Shown here one piece after another: positions 48,215 to 60,183 of a stretch of DNA of 64,000 bases. Below the pieces are notes generated by a model. That model saw nothing but the letters and a program-made list of their open reading frames with translations, was not told where the DNA came from and did not search any database. The translations under genes were made by a program, and so were the position numbers. The stretch covers positions 640,001 through 704,000 of the forward strand of contig CBDFJG010000004.1 in the NCBI GenBank assembly GCA_965248445.1, given 5' to 3'. Origin of the DNA: Planctomycetota bacterium (GTDB taxonomy: Bacteria; Planctomycetota; JAJSAM01; JAJVHW01). The stretch's first letter is position 1; each line of letters starts with the position of its first letter.

Positions 48215-48360
48215 TTCGTCCTCCTGTCCTGGTTCTCCCGGCGAACCGGTGTCCTGCGGACCCTCGTCGGGTGCCGGACTCGTGAGCGTAGACGCCCCTG
48301 CCGCAGGGTGCGAGGGGCGGCGCCGTTGACACCCCGCGCGCGGGGCGGCAACCTCGGGGA

Positions 48361-49413
48361 ATGCAGACACTCACCACCGCTTCCGTCCGGGCCTCCGCCG
48401 CACTCCTGACCGTCCTGATGTTGGCGGCGTCCGCCGGCCCGGCACTGGCCGCCGAGATCGGCGAAGAGGCGCCGCAGATCGATGTGACCGACTGGGCGCA
48501 GGGCGAGCTGAGTCTCGCCGAGAACCCCGACAAGAAGGTCCGCGTCCTCCAGTTCTTCAGCACGGTTCAGCCCGCTTCGGTGACCGCGATGGACGAGATG
48601 GAGGAGTGGCACACCGAGATGAGCTCCAAGGTCGACTTCGTGGCCGTCAGCAACCAGGGCAAGACGTCGATCGCCACGTTCCTCGAGAAGCACAAGCTGT
48701 CGTACGGTGTTGCCGTGGACGGCTACGACAACACGTCGGCCGAGTACCTGGGCGAGAAGGGCAAGGTGCTGCCGTACTACGTGATCGTCAACGCGGAGGG
48801 CGTGCTCGCGTGGACAGGGGGTTCCGACGACGATCCCAAGGACACGATCGTCGAGATCGTCGAGGGCAAGTTCGACGTGGCCCGCCACCAGAAGCTCGAG
48901 GCCGCGCGCAAGAAGGTCTCCGACATGGGTCCCGGAACGACCATGGACGATCAGGAGGAGGCGCTCGATGAGCTGCTCGAGCTCGATCCGGGCGATCTCC
49001 GCGCGTACACGCAGCGGTTCTTCATCATCCAGTTCCGGCGTGACGCCGAGAAGTGGCTCGCGTGGGCGGAGAAGTACGTCGGCTGGGCGACCGCGGAGGA
49101 GGAGGCGATGGCACTCAACAACGTCGCCTGGGAACTGGCGACGCGCGGCGACCTGTCGTGGCGCAACCCCGCACTCGCGCTGAAGGCCGGCAAGAAGGCC
49201 GTCGAGTTCGCCAAGGACGACGAGGACGCGGGGATCATCGACACCTACGCCCGCGCGCTGTTCAACGTCGGTTTGATCGACAAGGCGATCACGCAGCAGA
49301 AGAAGGCGATCGCCGCGGTCACGGACGAATCCGAGGAGAGCAGCAAGGAAGACCTCGAGAAGACGCTGAAGTTCTACGAGGCGGCGATGAAGGCACAGAA
49401 GGCCGAGAAGTAG
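48361..49413 (+). CDS. Secreted redoxin (TlpA/AhpC-TSA fold) with a TPR domain and no CxxC
   Basis: EIGEEAPQI...VLQFFSTVQPAS, LPYYVIVNAEG, TPR LNNVAWELAT, IIDTYARALF..G..DKAI..QKKA. Confidence 0.8.
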   Translation: MQTLTTASVRASAALLTVLMLAASAGPALAAEIGEEAPQIDVTDWAQGELSLAENPDKKVRVLQFFSTVQPASVTAMDEMEEWHTEMSSKVDFVAVSNQGKTSIATFLEKHKLSYGVAVDGYDNTSAEYLGEKGKVLPYYVIVNAEGVLAWTGGSDDDPKDTIVEIVEGKFDVARHQKLEAARKKVSDMGPGTTMDDQEEALDELLELDPGDLRAYTQRFFIIQFRRDAEKWLAWAEKYVGWATAEEEAMALNNVAWELATRGDLSWRNPALALKAGKKAVEFAKDDEDAGIIDTYARALFNVGLIDKAITQQKKAIAAVTDESEESSKEDLEKTLKFYEAAMKAQKAEK

Positions 49414-49760
49414 GTGAGCGAGGGCGCCGCGCAGCGGCGTGAGGACTCTCCGGTGGAGAGTCCGAGACGAGCGAACGCGAGCGCAGGCCTCCGGCCGGAG
49501 CGAGTGTACGAGCGGAGTGGCGCGGAGGCGGAACGCCGGAACGAAGTGCGGGCTTCGCCACGGTAAGGCAGCTCAACACGAAGGTGGCGCTCCTGCCGCT
49601 GCTGAAGCCGTCGTTTACGGCTTCGGCCCCCTCGCGCGCTGACACGCGCGCTCAGGTCCGTGGCCCTCGTAGCGATCCGCCGGCGAACACGTTACGCCGC
49701 AAGCAACCGATGTCGTGTGCCAAGCGGATCGACACGCCGCACACAATTTGAGGCGGATCG
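49414..49760. repeat. Palindrome-rich intergenic element between convergent genes
   Basis: Hairpins ggactctcc-ggt-ggagagtcc (49443-49463) and gaagccgt-cgttt-acggcttc (49604-49624). Shares agcggcgtga...acgcgagc with 62050-62112. Confidence 0.5.
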
Positions 49761-50393
49761 CTATTCCGGCTGCGGAATGACCCTGAGATACGGCTTCTGC
49801 TCGTCCCACCCGCCCGGGAAGCGCTCGCGGGCCTCGGCCTCCGGGACGTCCGGCGCGATGATCACGTCGTCACCGGCGTTCCAGTTGACCGGTGTCGCGA
49901 TCGGGTGCCGCGCCGTGATCTGCAGCGAGTCCACCACCCGGAGGATCTCGTCGAAGTTCCGGCCCGTGCTGGGCGGGTACGTGATCGTCGCCTTGACTGT
50001 GTTGTCCGGACCGATCAGGAACACCGACCGCACGGTAAACGTCGCGGCCGCCTTCGGATGGATCATGTCGTAGAGCTCGGACACCTTGCGGTCCGCGTCG
50101 CCGATCATCGGGAACGCGAGCGCGGTGCCCTGAGTCTCCTCGATGTCCTTGGCCCACTCGTTGTGGTCCTCGACCGTGTCCACGGAGAGGCCGATCACCT
50201 TCACGTTCCGCTCGCGGAACTGCGGGACGAGCTTCGACGCGTACCCGAGCTCGGTCGTGCAGACCGGCGTGAAGTCCTTGGGGTGCGAGAACAGCACGGC
50301 CCAGGAGTCGCCCTTCCATTCGTGGAAGCGGATCGTGCCGTCGGTCGTCTGCGCCTCGAAGTCCGGCGCCGTGTCACCCAGTCGAATTGCCAT
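49761..50393 (-). CDS. 1-Cys peroxiredoxin (Prx6 family)
   Basis: LFSHPKDFTPVCTTELG, YPPSTGRNFDEILR, ATPVNW. Confidence 0.95.
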   Translation of the reverse strand: MAIRLGDTAPDFEAQTTDGTIRFHEWKGDSWAVLFSHPKDFTPVCTTELGYASKLVPQFRERNVKVIGLSVDTVEDHNEWAKDIEETQGTALAFPMIGDADRKVSELYDMIHPKAAATFTVRSVFLIGPDNTVKATITYPPSTGRNFDEILRVVDSLQITARHPIATPVNWNAGDDVIIAPDVPEAEARERFPGGWDEQKPYLRVIPQPE

Positions 50394-50463
50394 CACTCAC
50401 CTCCGCCATGGGAACCGTGGGCCGGAGAGAGTACGCGACCGGGAGAGAGTCTGCGAGCGGTGC

Positions 50464-51288
50464 TCAGCGTGCGCCGGGGGGCCGACGTCTGCGGCCTTCG
50501 CCGTCGCGCCCAATCTCCTCGCGGCGCTTCTCTCGCTCGTCGGCTTCAGCGCGTGTGGCCGTCCGGCGGGACGACGCAGCCTCGAAGTCGAAGGTCCTCT
50601 CGTTCTCCTTCCACCACGCACGCCAGAGATCGGGGTCCGTCCTGATCGACTCGCCAGTGGCGTACCGCAGCGCGTCCCTCACAGCGCGCCCGTGCCCGGA
50701 GCTCTTCCGCCCCCGCGCGGCGGCGAACTGGATCAGTTTCTCGATCGCCCTCTTGGCGGGCACGTTCGCCACCGCCCGCAGCACCGGTGCCGCAATCGAG
50801 TTGTCCGTGTCGTGCTTGATCACGTCGAGGAGAGCGTCGATCGAAACGGGCTGGGCGAGATCGTGGAGGGCATCGGCCGTCTCGATGAGTTCGTCCGAAG
50901 CGGCTTCGTCCTTCGACAACCGGGGCAATTCGCGCGCCAAGCCCTGGGCAGCCTTCTTCTTGTCCGCGTCCGCGGAACGCGCCGACAGCGCCTCGCGCGC
51001 AGCCTTGCGCACGGAGTAGGAGTCGTCGCGCAGGAGCTTCACGAGCGGCGTGACGAGCTTGCGGTCCTGCACGTCCTTCGCGAGCGTGGCGGCGGCGAGG
51101 CACTCGGGCTGCTCCTTGGACGCCAACTTCTTGGCGAGGTCCTTGGCGTCGATGGTCCCCGAGGTGCCGGTGTCCGACGCGACCGGGTCCGACGCGACCG
51201 GGTCCGCCGGCTCCTCGGCGCGCGCCGCCGGAACAGCCAGACCGGCGGCCGCGAGCACGAGAGCCAGGCACGTGGTGGGGATGCGCAT
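50464..51288 (-). CDS. Secreted HEAT-repeat protein
   Basis: AGGAGG RBS, signal peptide, LLRDDSYSVRKAAREAL, C-terminal ALRYATG.....DPDLWRAWW. Confidence 0.8.
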   Translation of the reverse strand: MRIPTTCLALVLAAAGLAVPAARAEEPADPVASDPVASDTGTSGTIDAKDLAKKLASKEQPECLAAATLAKDVQDRKLVTPLVKLLRDDSYSVRKAAREALSARSADADKKKAAQGLARELPRLSKDEAASDELIETADALHDLAQPVSIDALLDVIKHDTDNSIAAPVLRAVANVPAKRAIEKLIQFAAARGRKSSGHGRAVRDALRYATGESIRTDPDLWRAWWKENERTFDFEAASSRRTATRAEADEREKRREEIGRDGEGRRRRPPGAR

Positions 51289-51348
51289 CTCAGACCTCCT
51301 GGCGACCTGAACCCGCGACGCCGCCCTCGGTTCCGTTGGTCGCTTCGC

Positions 51349-52488
51349 TCATCCGTCCGCGAGCAGATCGTCACAAGCCGCGCGGTACGCAGCCAGGTTC
51401 CGCAAGACCTCGGGCATGGAGTCGCCGCCGGTCTTCTCGAGGAGTGCATCGGCGAGGACCAGCGCGACCACCGCTTCGGCCACGACCGAGGCGCGGGGGG
51501 CGGCGCAGGCGTCGCTGCGCTGACGCGCGGCATCGACTTCCTCGCCGGTCTCGACGTCGATGCTCCGGAGCGGCTTGCGCAGCGAGGAGAGCGGCTTCAT
51601 CGCGACCCGGACGACGATGTCACCTCCGGTCGTCATGCCGCCCTCGATGCCCCCTGCGTGGTTGCGGGAGCGCACGACCCGGCCGTCTTCGTCGCGGACG
51701 ATCTCGTCGTGCACCGCGCTGCCGGGCCTCCGGGCTGCCTCGAAGCCGAGCCCGACCTCGACACCCTTCATCGCCTGGATTCGGCAGAGGGCGGCGGCCA
51801 AGCGCCCGTCCAGTCGCTCCTCGGGCTGCGCGTATCCGCCGGCGCCGGGCGGCATGCCCCGCGCGACCACCTCGATCACGCCACCCAGCGTGTCTCCCTC
51901 CGCGCGCGCAGCGTCCACGGCCGCGGTCATGGCCGCCTCCGCGGAGGGGTCCGGACATTGGACTGCGGAGTCGTCGCGGAGCCGGATCACTTCGTCGAGG
52001 TCCGTCGGCACGTCCGCGGCCGTGACACCACCGAGTTCGCGCAGGTACCCGGCGACGCGCACATCGGCCGCATCCAGGATCCTGGCCGCGACCGCGCCGC
52101 CGGCCACTCGGGCCGCGGTCTCGCGGGCGCTGGCGCGCTCCAGGATGTCGCGGGCATCCCGCGTCCCGTGCTTGAGCATCCCAGCGAGGTCGGCGTGCCC
52201 CGGTCGCGGCCGCGTGACCGGAGGAAGCCGATCCAGCGTCGCGTCCTTGTTGCGCAGCAGCAGCGCTACCGGACTCCCGATCGTGCGCGCGCCTCGCACG
52301 CCCGCGAGGATCTCAACGCGGTCGCGCTCGATGCGCATCCGCCCGCCGCTCCCGTGTCCCTTCTGGCGCCGGATGAGGTACGCGTCGATCCACTCGGCGG
52401 TCAGTTCGAGCCCCGAAGGGACGCCGTCGACAATGGCGACCAGCGCGGGGCCGTGAGACTCACCTGCCGTCGTCACGCGAAGCCGCAT
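51349..52488 (-). CDS. aroC: Chorismate synthase
   Basis: TAGESHG, RPRPGHAD, ERASARETA, GDTLGG, NHAGGIEGG, MKP, RSD.C. Confidence 0.97.
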   Translation of the reverse strand: MRLRVTTAGESHGPALVAIVDGVPSGLELTAEWIDAYLIRRQKGHGSGGRMRIERDRVEILAGVRGARTIGSPVALLLRNKDATLDRLPPVTRPRPGHADLAGMLKHGTRDARDILERASARETAARVAGGAVAARILDAADVRVAGYLRELGGVTAADVPTDLDEVIRLRDDSAVQCPDPSAEAAMTAAVDAARAEGDTLGGVIEVVARGMPPGAGGYAQPEERLDGRLAAALCRIQAMKGVEVGLGFEAARRPGSAVHDEIVRDEDGRVVRSRNHAGGIEGGMTTGGDIVVRVAMKPLSSLRKPLRSIDVETGEEVDAARQRSDACAAPRASVVAEAVVALVLADALLEKTGGDSMPEVLRNLAAYRAACDDLLADG

Positions 52489-52495
52489 CCGGGAC

Positions 52496-54016
52496 CTACT
52501 CCTCGACGCCGACCGGCGCCGCCGCGCCGATTTCGCGCGTCGACTCCTCGTGACCGTCCCAGCTCCAGATGACGCACTTCTCCTCGACGACGGTCTCGAC
52601 GTGCACGGGCCGCGTCCAAAGGGCGTGCAGCGCGCGCAGCGTTTGACGCGCAAAGTCCTCGCGCAGAGGTGTGTCCTCGTGCTCGTGCCGAAGGTAGAGC
52701 TCCGCGCGGTTCTCGAAGTTGGCGTCCACCAGCGCGATGATCGGCTGCCCCTGATTGGTGAGTTCCTGCACGAGCTTCGGCTTCACCCGTTCGGGGTCTC
52801 GGTCGAGGATGACGGTGCGGCCGGTCCGGGGATCGCGGCCGTAGATGTAGAGCTTCTGCTCCTCCATGAACTCAGGTGTCAGGAAAGCGTCGAGGAACGA
52901 CTGGTCGTTGTGCACTCTGCGCACCTCGAACACCTTGGCGAGGCCTTCGCCCGCATCGGTGTTCCACTCGCGCCGCTTCTCGTAGTCATTGCACTCGCGG
53001 TACTCGCGTCCGTGCGCGCCGCGATTCCAGCGATCTTCGATGTCGCGGAACAGATCGTGTCCGAGCCGGTACGGGTTGATCCGTCCGGGCTGCGTGGCGA
53101 GCGTGGAGGCGTGCTTGTCGGCGTAGTTGATGATCTCGCCGGGGTCGAGCAGCGAAGTCGTCATCAGCCGGCTGTGACAGAAGGACGCCCATCCCTCGTT
53201 GACGATCTTCGTCATGGCCTGGGGCGCGAAGTAGTAGGCCTCTTCCCGCACGATGTCGAGGCAGTCCGCTTGCCAGTCGGCCAGCGGAGCGTGGTGGATC
53301 AGGAAGCCGAGCACATCGCGGGTTGCCTCTTCCGGGAACTTCCCGCGGTCGCGCAGTTCCTCGGTCTTGCGGCGCCGCTCCTCAGCTAGCACCTCGCGAG
53401 GATTGATGAAGTCCTCCATGTAGCCGTGCTGCACCGGGAAACGGTGAACGTGCGCTTCGGCCAGGCGCTCCTCATCGATCTCGGGCGCCGCCTCGGGCTT
53501 CCCGTGGCGCCGTATGTAGAGGCTCAGCGGATCGATCAGGTTCTCGATCGACAGGCACTGGTCGAGGAACTCCTCGACCTTGTCGGCGCCCTGGCGGTCG
53601 ACGTGCCGCCGCACGCGCGTGCCGTGATTGGCCATGACGTCGATCATGCGCCGGTCGGTCGGAGCGAACCACGCATTGTTCCAGAAGAAGTCCGCGTGCC
53701 CGAACACGTGCGCCATCACGAGCTTCTGCTCCATGACGGTGTTTGTCTTCATCAGGTACGCGTAGCAGGGGTCGGTGTTGATGACGAGTTCGTAGATCTT
53801 CCCGAGTCCGTACTCGTACTGCTTCTGCAGACGCTGGAACTCCATCCCGAATCGCCAGTGCGGGTAGCGCACGGGGAACCCGCCGTACGACGCGATCATG
53901 TTCAACTCGTCGGAGTCGACCAGTTCGAACACGACCTGCGGGAAGTCCAGGCCGAGTCGAAGTGCGGCCTGCTCTGCTTGCTGCGCCGCGGCGCGCAGCA
54001 CGGGCGTGAGCGTCAT
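52496..54016 (-). CDS. spoVR: SpoVR family protein
   Basis: GFPVRYPHWRFG, IYELVIN.DPCYAYL, AHVFGH.DFF, TKIVNEGWAS, NPYRLG. Confidence 0.93.
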   Translation of the reverse strand: MTLTPVLRAAAQQAEQAALRLGLDFPQVVFELVDSDELNMIASYGGFPVRYPHWRFGMEFQRLQKQYEYGLGKIYELVINTDPCYAYLMKTNTVMEQKLVMAHVFGHADFFWNNAWFAPTDRRMIDVMANHGTRVRRHVDRQGADKVEEFLDQCLSIENLIDPLSLYIRRHGKPEAAPEIDEERLAEAHVHRFPVQHGYMEDFINPREVLAEERRRKTEELRDRGKFPEEATRDVLGFLIHHAPLADWQADCLDIVREEAYYFAPQAMTKIVNEGWASFCHSRLMTTSLLDPGEIINYADKHASTLATQPGRINPYRLGHDLFRDIEDRWNRGAHGREYRECNDYEKRREWNTDAGEGLAKVFEVRRVHNDQSFLDAFLTPEFMEEQKLYIYGRDPRTGRTVILDRDPERVKPKLVQELTNQGQPIIALVDANFENRAELYLRHEHEDTPLREDFARQTLRALHALWTRPVHVETVVEEKCVIWSWDGHEESTREIGAAAPVGVEE

Positions 54017-55092
54017 CGTCCCCGCCCCAGGAAAACGCGCAGGCAGTCCAGGATCGCGTCCCGGTCCTCGATGTCGCATGTGACCAGGGTGCCGCCTGCT
54101 TCGAAGCGGCCGTCCAGGTCGTGCTTGAACTGCCCGGACCCGTACGCGCTCTTCACCTGTCCGTAGGCGAACTGGTTGCACTTCGGGAGCATGCTCTCGT
54201 CCAGAAGCCGGAGGCACTCGGCGGTGTCACCGCCGCTCCAATTGTCCCCGTCGCTGAAGTGGTAGCAGTACACGTTCCACTGATCGGGAGGATAGTCCGC
54301 ATCGATGATCTTGTCCGCGAGCCGGTACGCGCTGCTGATCTTGGTGCCGCCCGACTCCTTGAGGTGGAAGAACGAGTGCCGGTCGACCTCGCGCGCGACC
54401 GCGTCGTGCACGATGTAGCGGACCGCCACGTTGCGGTACTGCGACGAGATCCACGCATCCAGCCAGAATGCGGCGTTGCGGACGATCTCCTTCTGCTCGC
54501 GCCCCATCGAGCCGGAGACGTCCATCATGTACACGATGACCGCAGACGACTCAGGAACGCGTGCGACTTCGTAACTGCGGAAGCGCGTGTCCTCCGGACG
54601 GGGCATCACCAGCGGATTGTCTGGGTCGTACGTACCCGTGATGATCTGGCGCTTGAGCGCGTTCACGTAGGTGCGCTTGAAGTGGCGCAGGCTGCGCGGC
54701 CCGACGCGGCGGATGCTGCGGTACCGGTGCACGTCGGCCTCGACACTCCGCTTGCCGCGGGGCTCGATGTGCGGCAGTGACAGCGCCTCGCCGAGGATCT
54801 GTGCGAGCTCCTCGATCGTCACCTCGACCTCGAGAGCGTGCTCGCCCTCTTGCTCGCCCGGCTCCATGCCGGTCGCGTCGCCGGGATCGCCCTCGCCCTG
54901 GCCGACCCCTCCACCACCGCGCTCGCCGAACGTGAACTTGGGGAGGTTGATCTCGGGCAGCGGTACCGAGACCGTTCGCCCTCCCTGTCGCGTGAGGAGC
55001 TCGCCGTGACTGACGTACTTGCGCAGGTTCTCGCGGATGCGCCCCTTGACGATCCGGCGGAACCGGTTGACGTCCTGATCGACGCGGCGCAT
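54013..55092 (-). CDS. yeaH: YeaH/YhbH (DUF444) family vWA protein
   Basis: MDVSGSM MIDAS motif, ESGGTKISSAY, HFSDGDNW. Lies between prkA and spoVR. Confidence 0.9.
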   Translation of the reverse strand: MRRVDQDVNRFRRIVKGRIRENLRKYVSHGELLTRQGGRTVSVPLPEINLPKFTFGERGGGGVGQGEGDPGDATGMEPGEQEGEHALEVEVTIEELAQILGEALSLPHIEPRGKRSVEADVHRYRSIRRVGPRSLRHFKRTYVNALKRQIITGTYDPDNPLVMPRPEDTRFRSYEVARVPESSAVIVYMMDVSGSMGREQKEIVRNAAFWLDAWISSQYRNVAVRYIVHDAVAREVDRHSFFHLKESGGTKISSAYRLADKIIDADYPPDQWNVYCYHFSDGDNWSGGDTAECLRLLDESMLPKCNQFAYGQVKSAYGSGQFKHDLDGRFEAGGTLVTCDIEDRDAILDCLRVFLGRGR

Positions 55093-55120
55093 GAGCGTCA
55101 GTCCTCCGATCTGGCGTAGA

Positions 55121-57187
<2,067 letters not shown>

Positions 57188-57336
57188 GTCGGTACCTCTC
57201 CTCGGCGGTCGGCCGGACGCACTCGTGTCCCGCCGTCTCTCGGTATGGACGTCCCGCGCGGCGCGCGCGGGACCTCCATTCTGTCAGCGATCGCGACCTG
57301 ACAACATTCGTTCCCGATGGGTCACTCCCCAGGCCG

Positions 57337-57879
57337 TTACGAGCCGCCGATGCGAGACCCGGCTGTCCAGGGGCGCGCCGTGAGGGCGTGCAGGAGAGCG
57401 CCGAGGCCCGCACCTATTAGATCGGCCGCAACGTCCATGCCGCTTGGATCGCGCCCGTCGACGAAGCTCTGATGCCACTCGTCCAGCAGACCCCACGCGA
57501 GGCAGAACAGAACGGCCGCGACAGTCGCACGCGCAACGGGCACACCGGCGAACGCGAAGCGGGCCAGGAAGCCGCCGGCGCCGAACTCCACAGCGTGGGC
57601 GGCCCAATCCGGGAATTCCCAGTCGTCGTCGAACGAGTCCCCCGTCTGCGACGAGAGGAACCAAACGAGCCCACACCACGCTGCGAGCGGCAGGAACCGC
57701 AGCGCGAGCCAGAGGCGTCCGGTGAGGTGGGGCGCGCGATCCACGCCGCGAGGTTCGGGCGCCGGGGCCGCGCCGTCTACTTCATCCGGGACGAGTCGGG
57801 ATTTCCGGACTCGATCCGGTGGATCGCCTGACGCACGAACGGTTGCACCTGCACCCACTCGGCATCGTCGCTCTTCCAC
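57337..57879 (-). CDS. VanZ family membrane protein
   Basis: W.G.VWFLSS, AHAVEFG, GLLDEWHQSFVDGRD....DVAAD. The true start is probably downstream of 57879 on this strand. Confidence 0.85.
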   Translation of the reverse strand: MEERRCRVGAGATVRASGDPPDRVRKSRLVPDEVDGAAPAPEPRGVDRAPHLTGRLWLALRFLPLAAWCGLVWFLSSQTGDSFDDDWEFPDWAAHAVEFGAGGFLARFAFAGVPVARATVAAVLFCLAWGLLDEWHQSFVDGRDPSGMDVAADLIGAGLGALLHALTARPWTAGSRIGGS

Positions 57880-59276
57880 ATCGACTCGAGTTTCGGCAGC
57901 GCCTCGCGTGCGCCGATCCGGCCGAGAGCATCGATGAAGCTGCGCGTCAGGTTGTAGTCGCCCTTCGCGGTTCCCAGGCGGTCGAGGATCGGCTTCACCG
58001 ACGACGGGTCGCGCACCAGCGTCAGGCCGCGCGCGGCGGCGCGGCGCACATTCTCCGACGAGTCGTCGAGCATCGAGATCAGCGTACCTGTGGCACGAGA
58101 AGAACGTGTCTCCCCCAGCGCGGTGACGAGCTCCCGCCGCACCTTCGGATCGGCGGCGCGGCGGGCGGCCTCGTCGATCTGAACGGCCGCTTCGTCGCCG
58201 CGCGCGGCGCGGAGCGAGTGCAAGGCGACACCGCCCAGCCCTGCGTCGTCGGACTCGGCCACGCGCAGCACCGGCGCGAGCAGTTCGCCGCCCATCGCCG
58301 CGGCGGCTGCGAGGGCGCTGCCGCGCAAGCGCAGCCGTTCCGACTCGCTCTCGATTCCCTCCAGGGCGGTCGTGTCGTCGATGAGCTGCCGGATCGCGAG
58401 GCGCAGCTCCGCTTCGGCGGCGCTGCCGTGCAGCAGTGCGATCTTGAGGATCTGCCGGGTCAGCATCGCGTCGCCGGCGTCGCGGGCGCCGCGTAGCGTG
58501 TCGGCCAGTACGCGGCCGGAGCCGGGCGACTTCCCGAGCGCCGTGACGACGGCGTCCCGTTCCCGGTGCTCCGGACCGAGCCGGATCATGAGGTCGGTCA
58601 GCGCGCGCGCCGCACCATCGCCTCCGACGGCGCCGAGCGCGAACGCACCGTGGCGAACGATGCGCGGATCGAGTTCCTCGACAGAGAGCAGCGCGATCAA
58701 CTGAGTGCGTGATCCCGCGTTACCGCTACGCGCCAGCGCGTCGAGCGCGGCCAGTCGGCTGTCGAGCGAGTGGGCTTCGTTGGATGCGTGCGCCCCGAGG
58801 ATACGGCCGGCGTCCTCTCCCGTGATCCCGCCGAGCGAGAGAACGGCGTCGATGCGCGTCTCCGGCGCCTCCAACAGGGAGATCAAGTTGTCAACGACAT
58901 CGCTGGGGATCGGCTGCCCGTTCTGCTGGAGAACGTCGATCTGCCGGCGGATCTCCTCCCAGTGGTGCGCGGCGAGGGCGGCCCGCAGCGACTCCGCATT
59001 GACGACGAACACCTCACCGTGCGGCGTGCGGCTGCCGAACGGGACCAGGATGCCGTCGTCCTCGTGTTCGATCCCGACGCCACCGTCGACGTCGGTGCGA
59101 TCCCGGCCGCCCCGGCCGGGGACCACCATCTCGACTACGTCGTCGTGGAACTCGGGCAGGTCGTCGTCGCCGGATCCTCCGCCGAACACGACGAGCACCG
59201 CCGTCGCGACGATGGCCGCGACGGCGGCAACGATGCCCAGGAGCAGGAGGCGCGAGGCGCCGCGGGAACTGTCCAT
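57777..59276 (-). CDS. Membrane-anchored HEAT-repeat protein
   Basis: N-terminal TM, repeats such as LDDSSENVRRAAARGL and ALGRIG. Confidence 0.8.
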   Translation of the reverse strand: MDSSRGASRLLLLGIVAAVAAIVATAVLVVFGGGSGDDDLPEFHDDVVEMVVPGRGGRDRTDVDGGVGIEHEDDGILVPFGSRTPHGEVFVVNAESLRAALAAHHWEEIRRQIDVLQQNGQPIPSDVVDNLISLLEAPETRIDAVLSLGGITGEDAGRILGAHASNEAHSLDSRLAALDALARSGNAGSRTQLIALLSVEELDPRIVRHGAFALGAVGGDGAARALTDLMIRLGPEHRERDAVVTALGKSPGSGRVLADTLRGARDAGDAMLTRQILKIALLHGSAAEAELRLAIRQLIDDTTALEGIESESERLRLRGSALAAAAAMGGELLAPVLRVAESDDAGLGGVALHSLRAARGDEAAVQIDEAARRAADPKVRRELVTALGETRSSRATGTLISMLDDSSENVRRAAARGLTLVRDPSSVKPILDRLGTAKGDYNLTRSFIDALGRIGAREALPKLESMWKSDDAEWVQVQPFVRQAIHRIESGNPDSSRMK

Positions 59277-59465
59277 GTCGGTAACGAACCTACCACGGGG
59301 TTGCGGGAGCGGCCGCGCGCCCCCCGATGAGTGTTGCTGGGGCGCCGCGCCGTCCGGGGAAGCCCGGACATCCCTGAGAGAGCCCCACCCGACCAACTTC
59401 GCAGCCTGAGAGCCCGACCGCTCCATTGGACGGATCGCGGCGCGTCGTCGTCCCAGAAATCGGGC

Positions 59466-60137
59466 TCAGCGCGCCGCCGCCGCCACCAGCTCCGCGAAGA
59501 GGCTCAGATCGAGACCGGGTGCATTGCCGTCCTTCTCCGGGTGCCACTGCACGCCGAGGCAGAACGGCCCGGGGCCCTCGACCGCCTCGACGCACCCGTC
59601 CTCGGACCAGGCCGAGGCGCGGAGCCTGTCGGCCACGCGCCCGACCGCCTGATGGTGGTGCGAGTTGACCGAGGGCGTTGGAGTGGCTCCTGCAAGCCGT
59701 GCGATCAGCGACCCCTCCGCGAGGCGCAGGCTGTGCCGCGCGCCGGCGGTGTGGTCCGCGCGGCCGCGAACGTCGGGCAGGTGCTGATCAAGGTCGCCGC
59801 CGAGGGCGACGTTGAGCATCTGGAGCCCGCGGCACACGCCGAGCAGGGGCACGCGGGCGGCGGCGGCGGCTCGGCAGAGCGCCATCTCGTACGCGTCGCG
59901 GTCGTCGTGGTCACGCGTGATCGCGGGATGATCGCCCTGCCCGAAGAGGCTCCCCGCGGGATCGTCACCACCGCACAAGACAAGCGCGTCGAACGACGTG
60001 GCATCGGCCGCGCCGTCCCGGCGGTCCTGCCAGCGCAGGACCGTGACGCCGGCGCCGGCAGCGCGAAGCGGATCCACATAGTCTCCGGTCTTGCCGAAGC
60101 CCTGGTCCACGACGCCGACATGCACGCGCTTCACCAT
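59466..60137 (-). CDS. Gamma-glutamyl-gamma-aminobutyrate hydrolase family (peptidase C26, class I glutamine amidotransferase)
   Basis: LVLCGGDD, RDAYE, LGVCRGLQMLNVALGG, VNSHHHQAV, GVQWHPE. Confidence 0.9.
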   Translation of the reverse strand: MVKRVHVGVVDQGFGKTGDYVDPLRAAGAGVTVLRWQDRRDGAADATSFDALVLCGGDDPAGSLFGQGDHPAITRDHDDRDAYEMALCRAAAAARVPLLGVCRGLQMLNVALGGDLDQHLPDVRGRADHTAGARHSLRLAEGSLIARLAGATPTPSVNSHHHQAVGRVADRLRASAWSEDGCVEAVEGPGPFCLGVQWHPEKDGNAPGLDLSLFAELVAAAAR

Positions 60138-60183
60138 GACGGAGAGCGTCGCACACAGCACGGACTCCGCGTAGATTCGCGGC

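Noticed and set aside
51172..51206. 15-bp tandem repeat gtccgacgcgaccgg
   Set aside because: It is an in-frame linker duplication (DPVAS DPVAS) inside a CDS, not a CRISPR or regulatory repeat.
52496..54016. Sporulation inferred from SpoVR
   Set aside because: SpoVR/YcgB with PrkA and YeaH is common in non-sporulating bacteria, and no other sporulation genes are seen.
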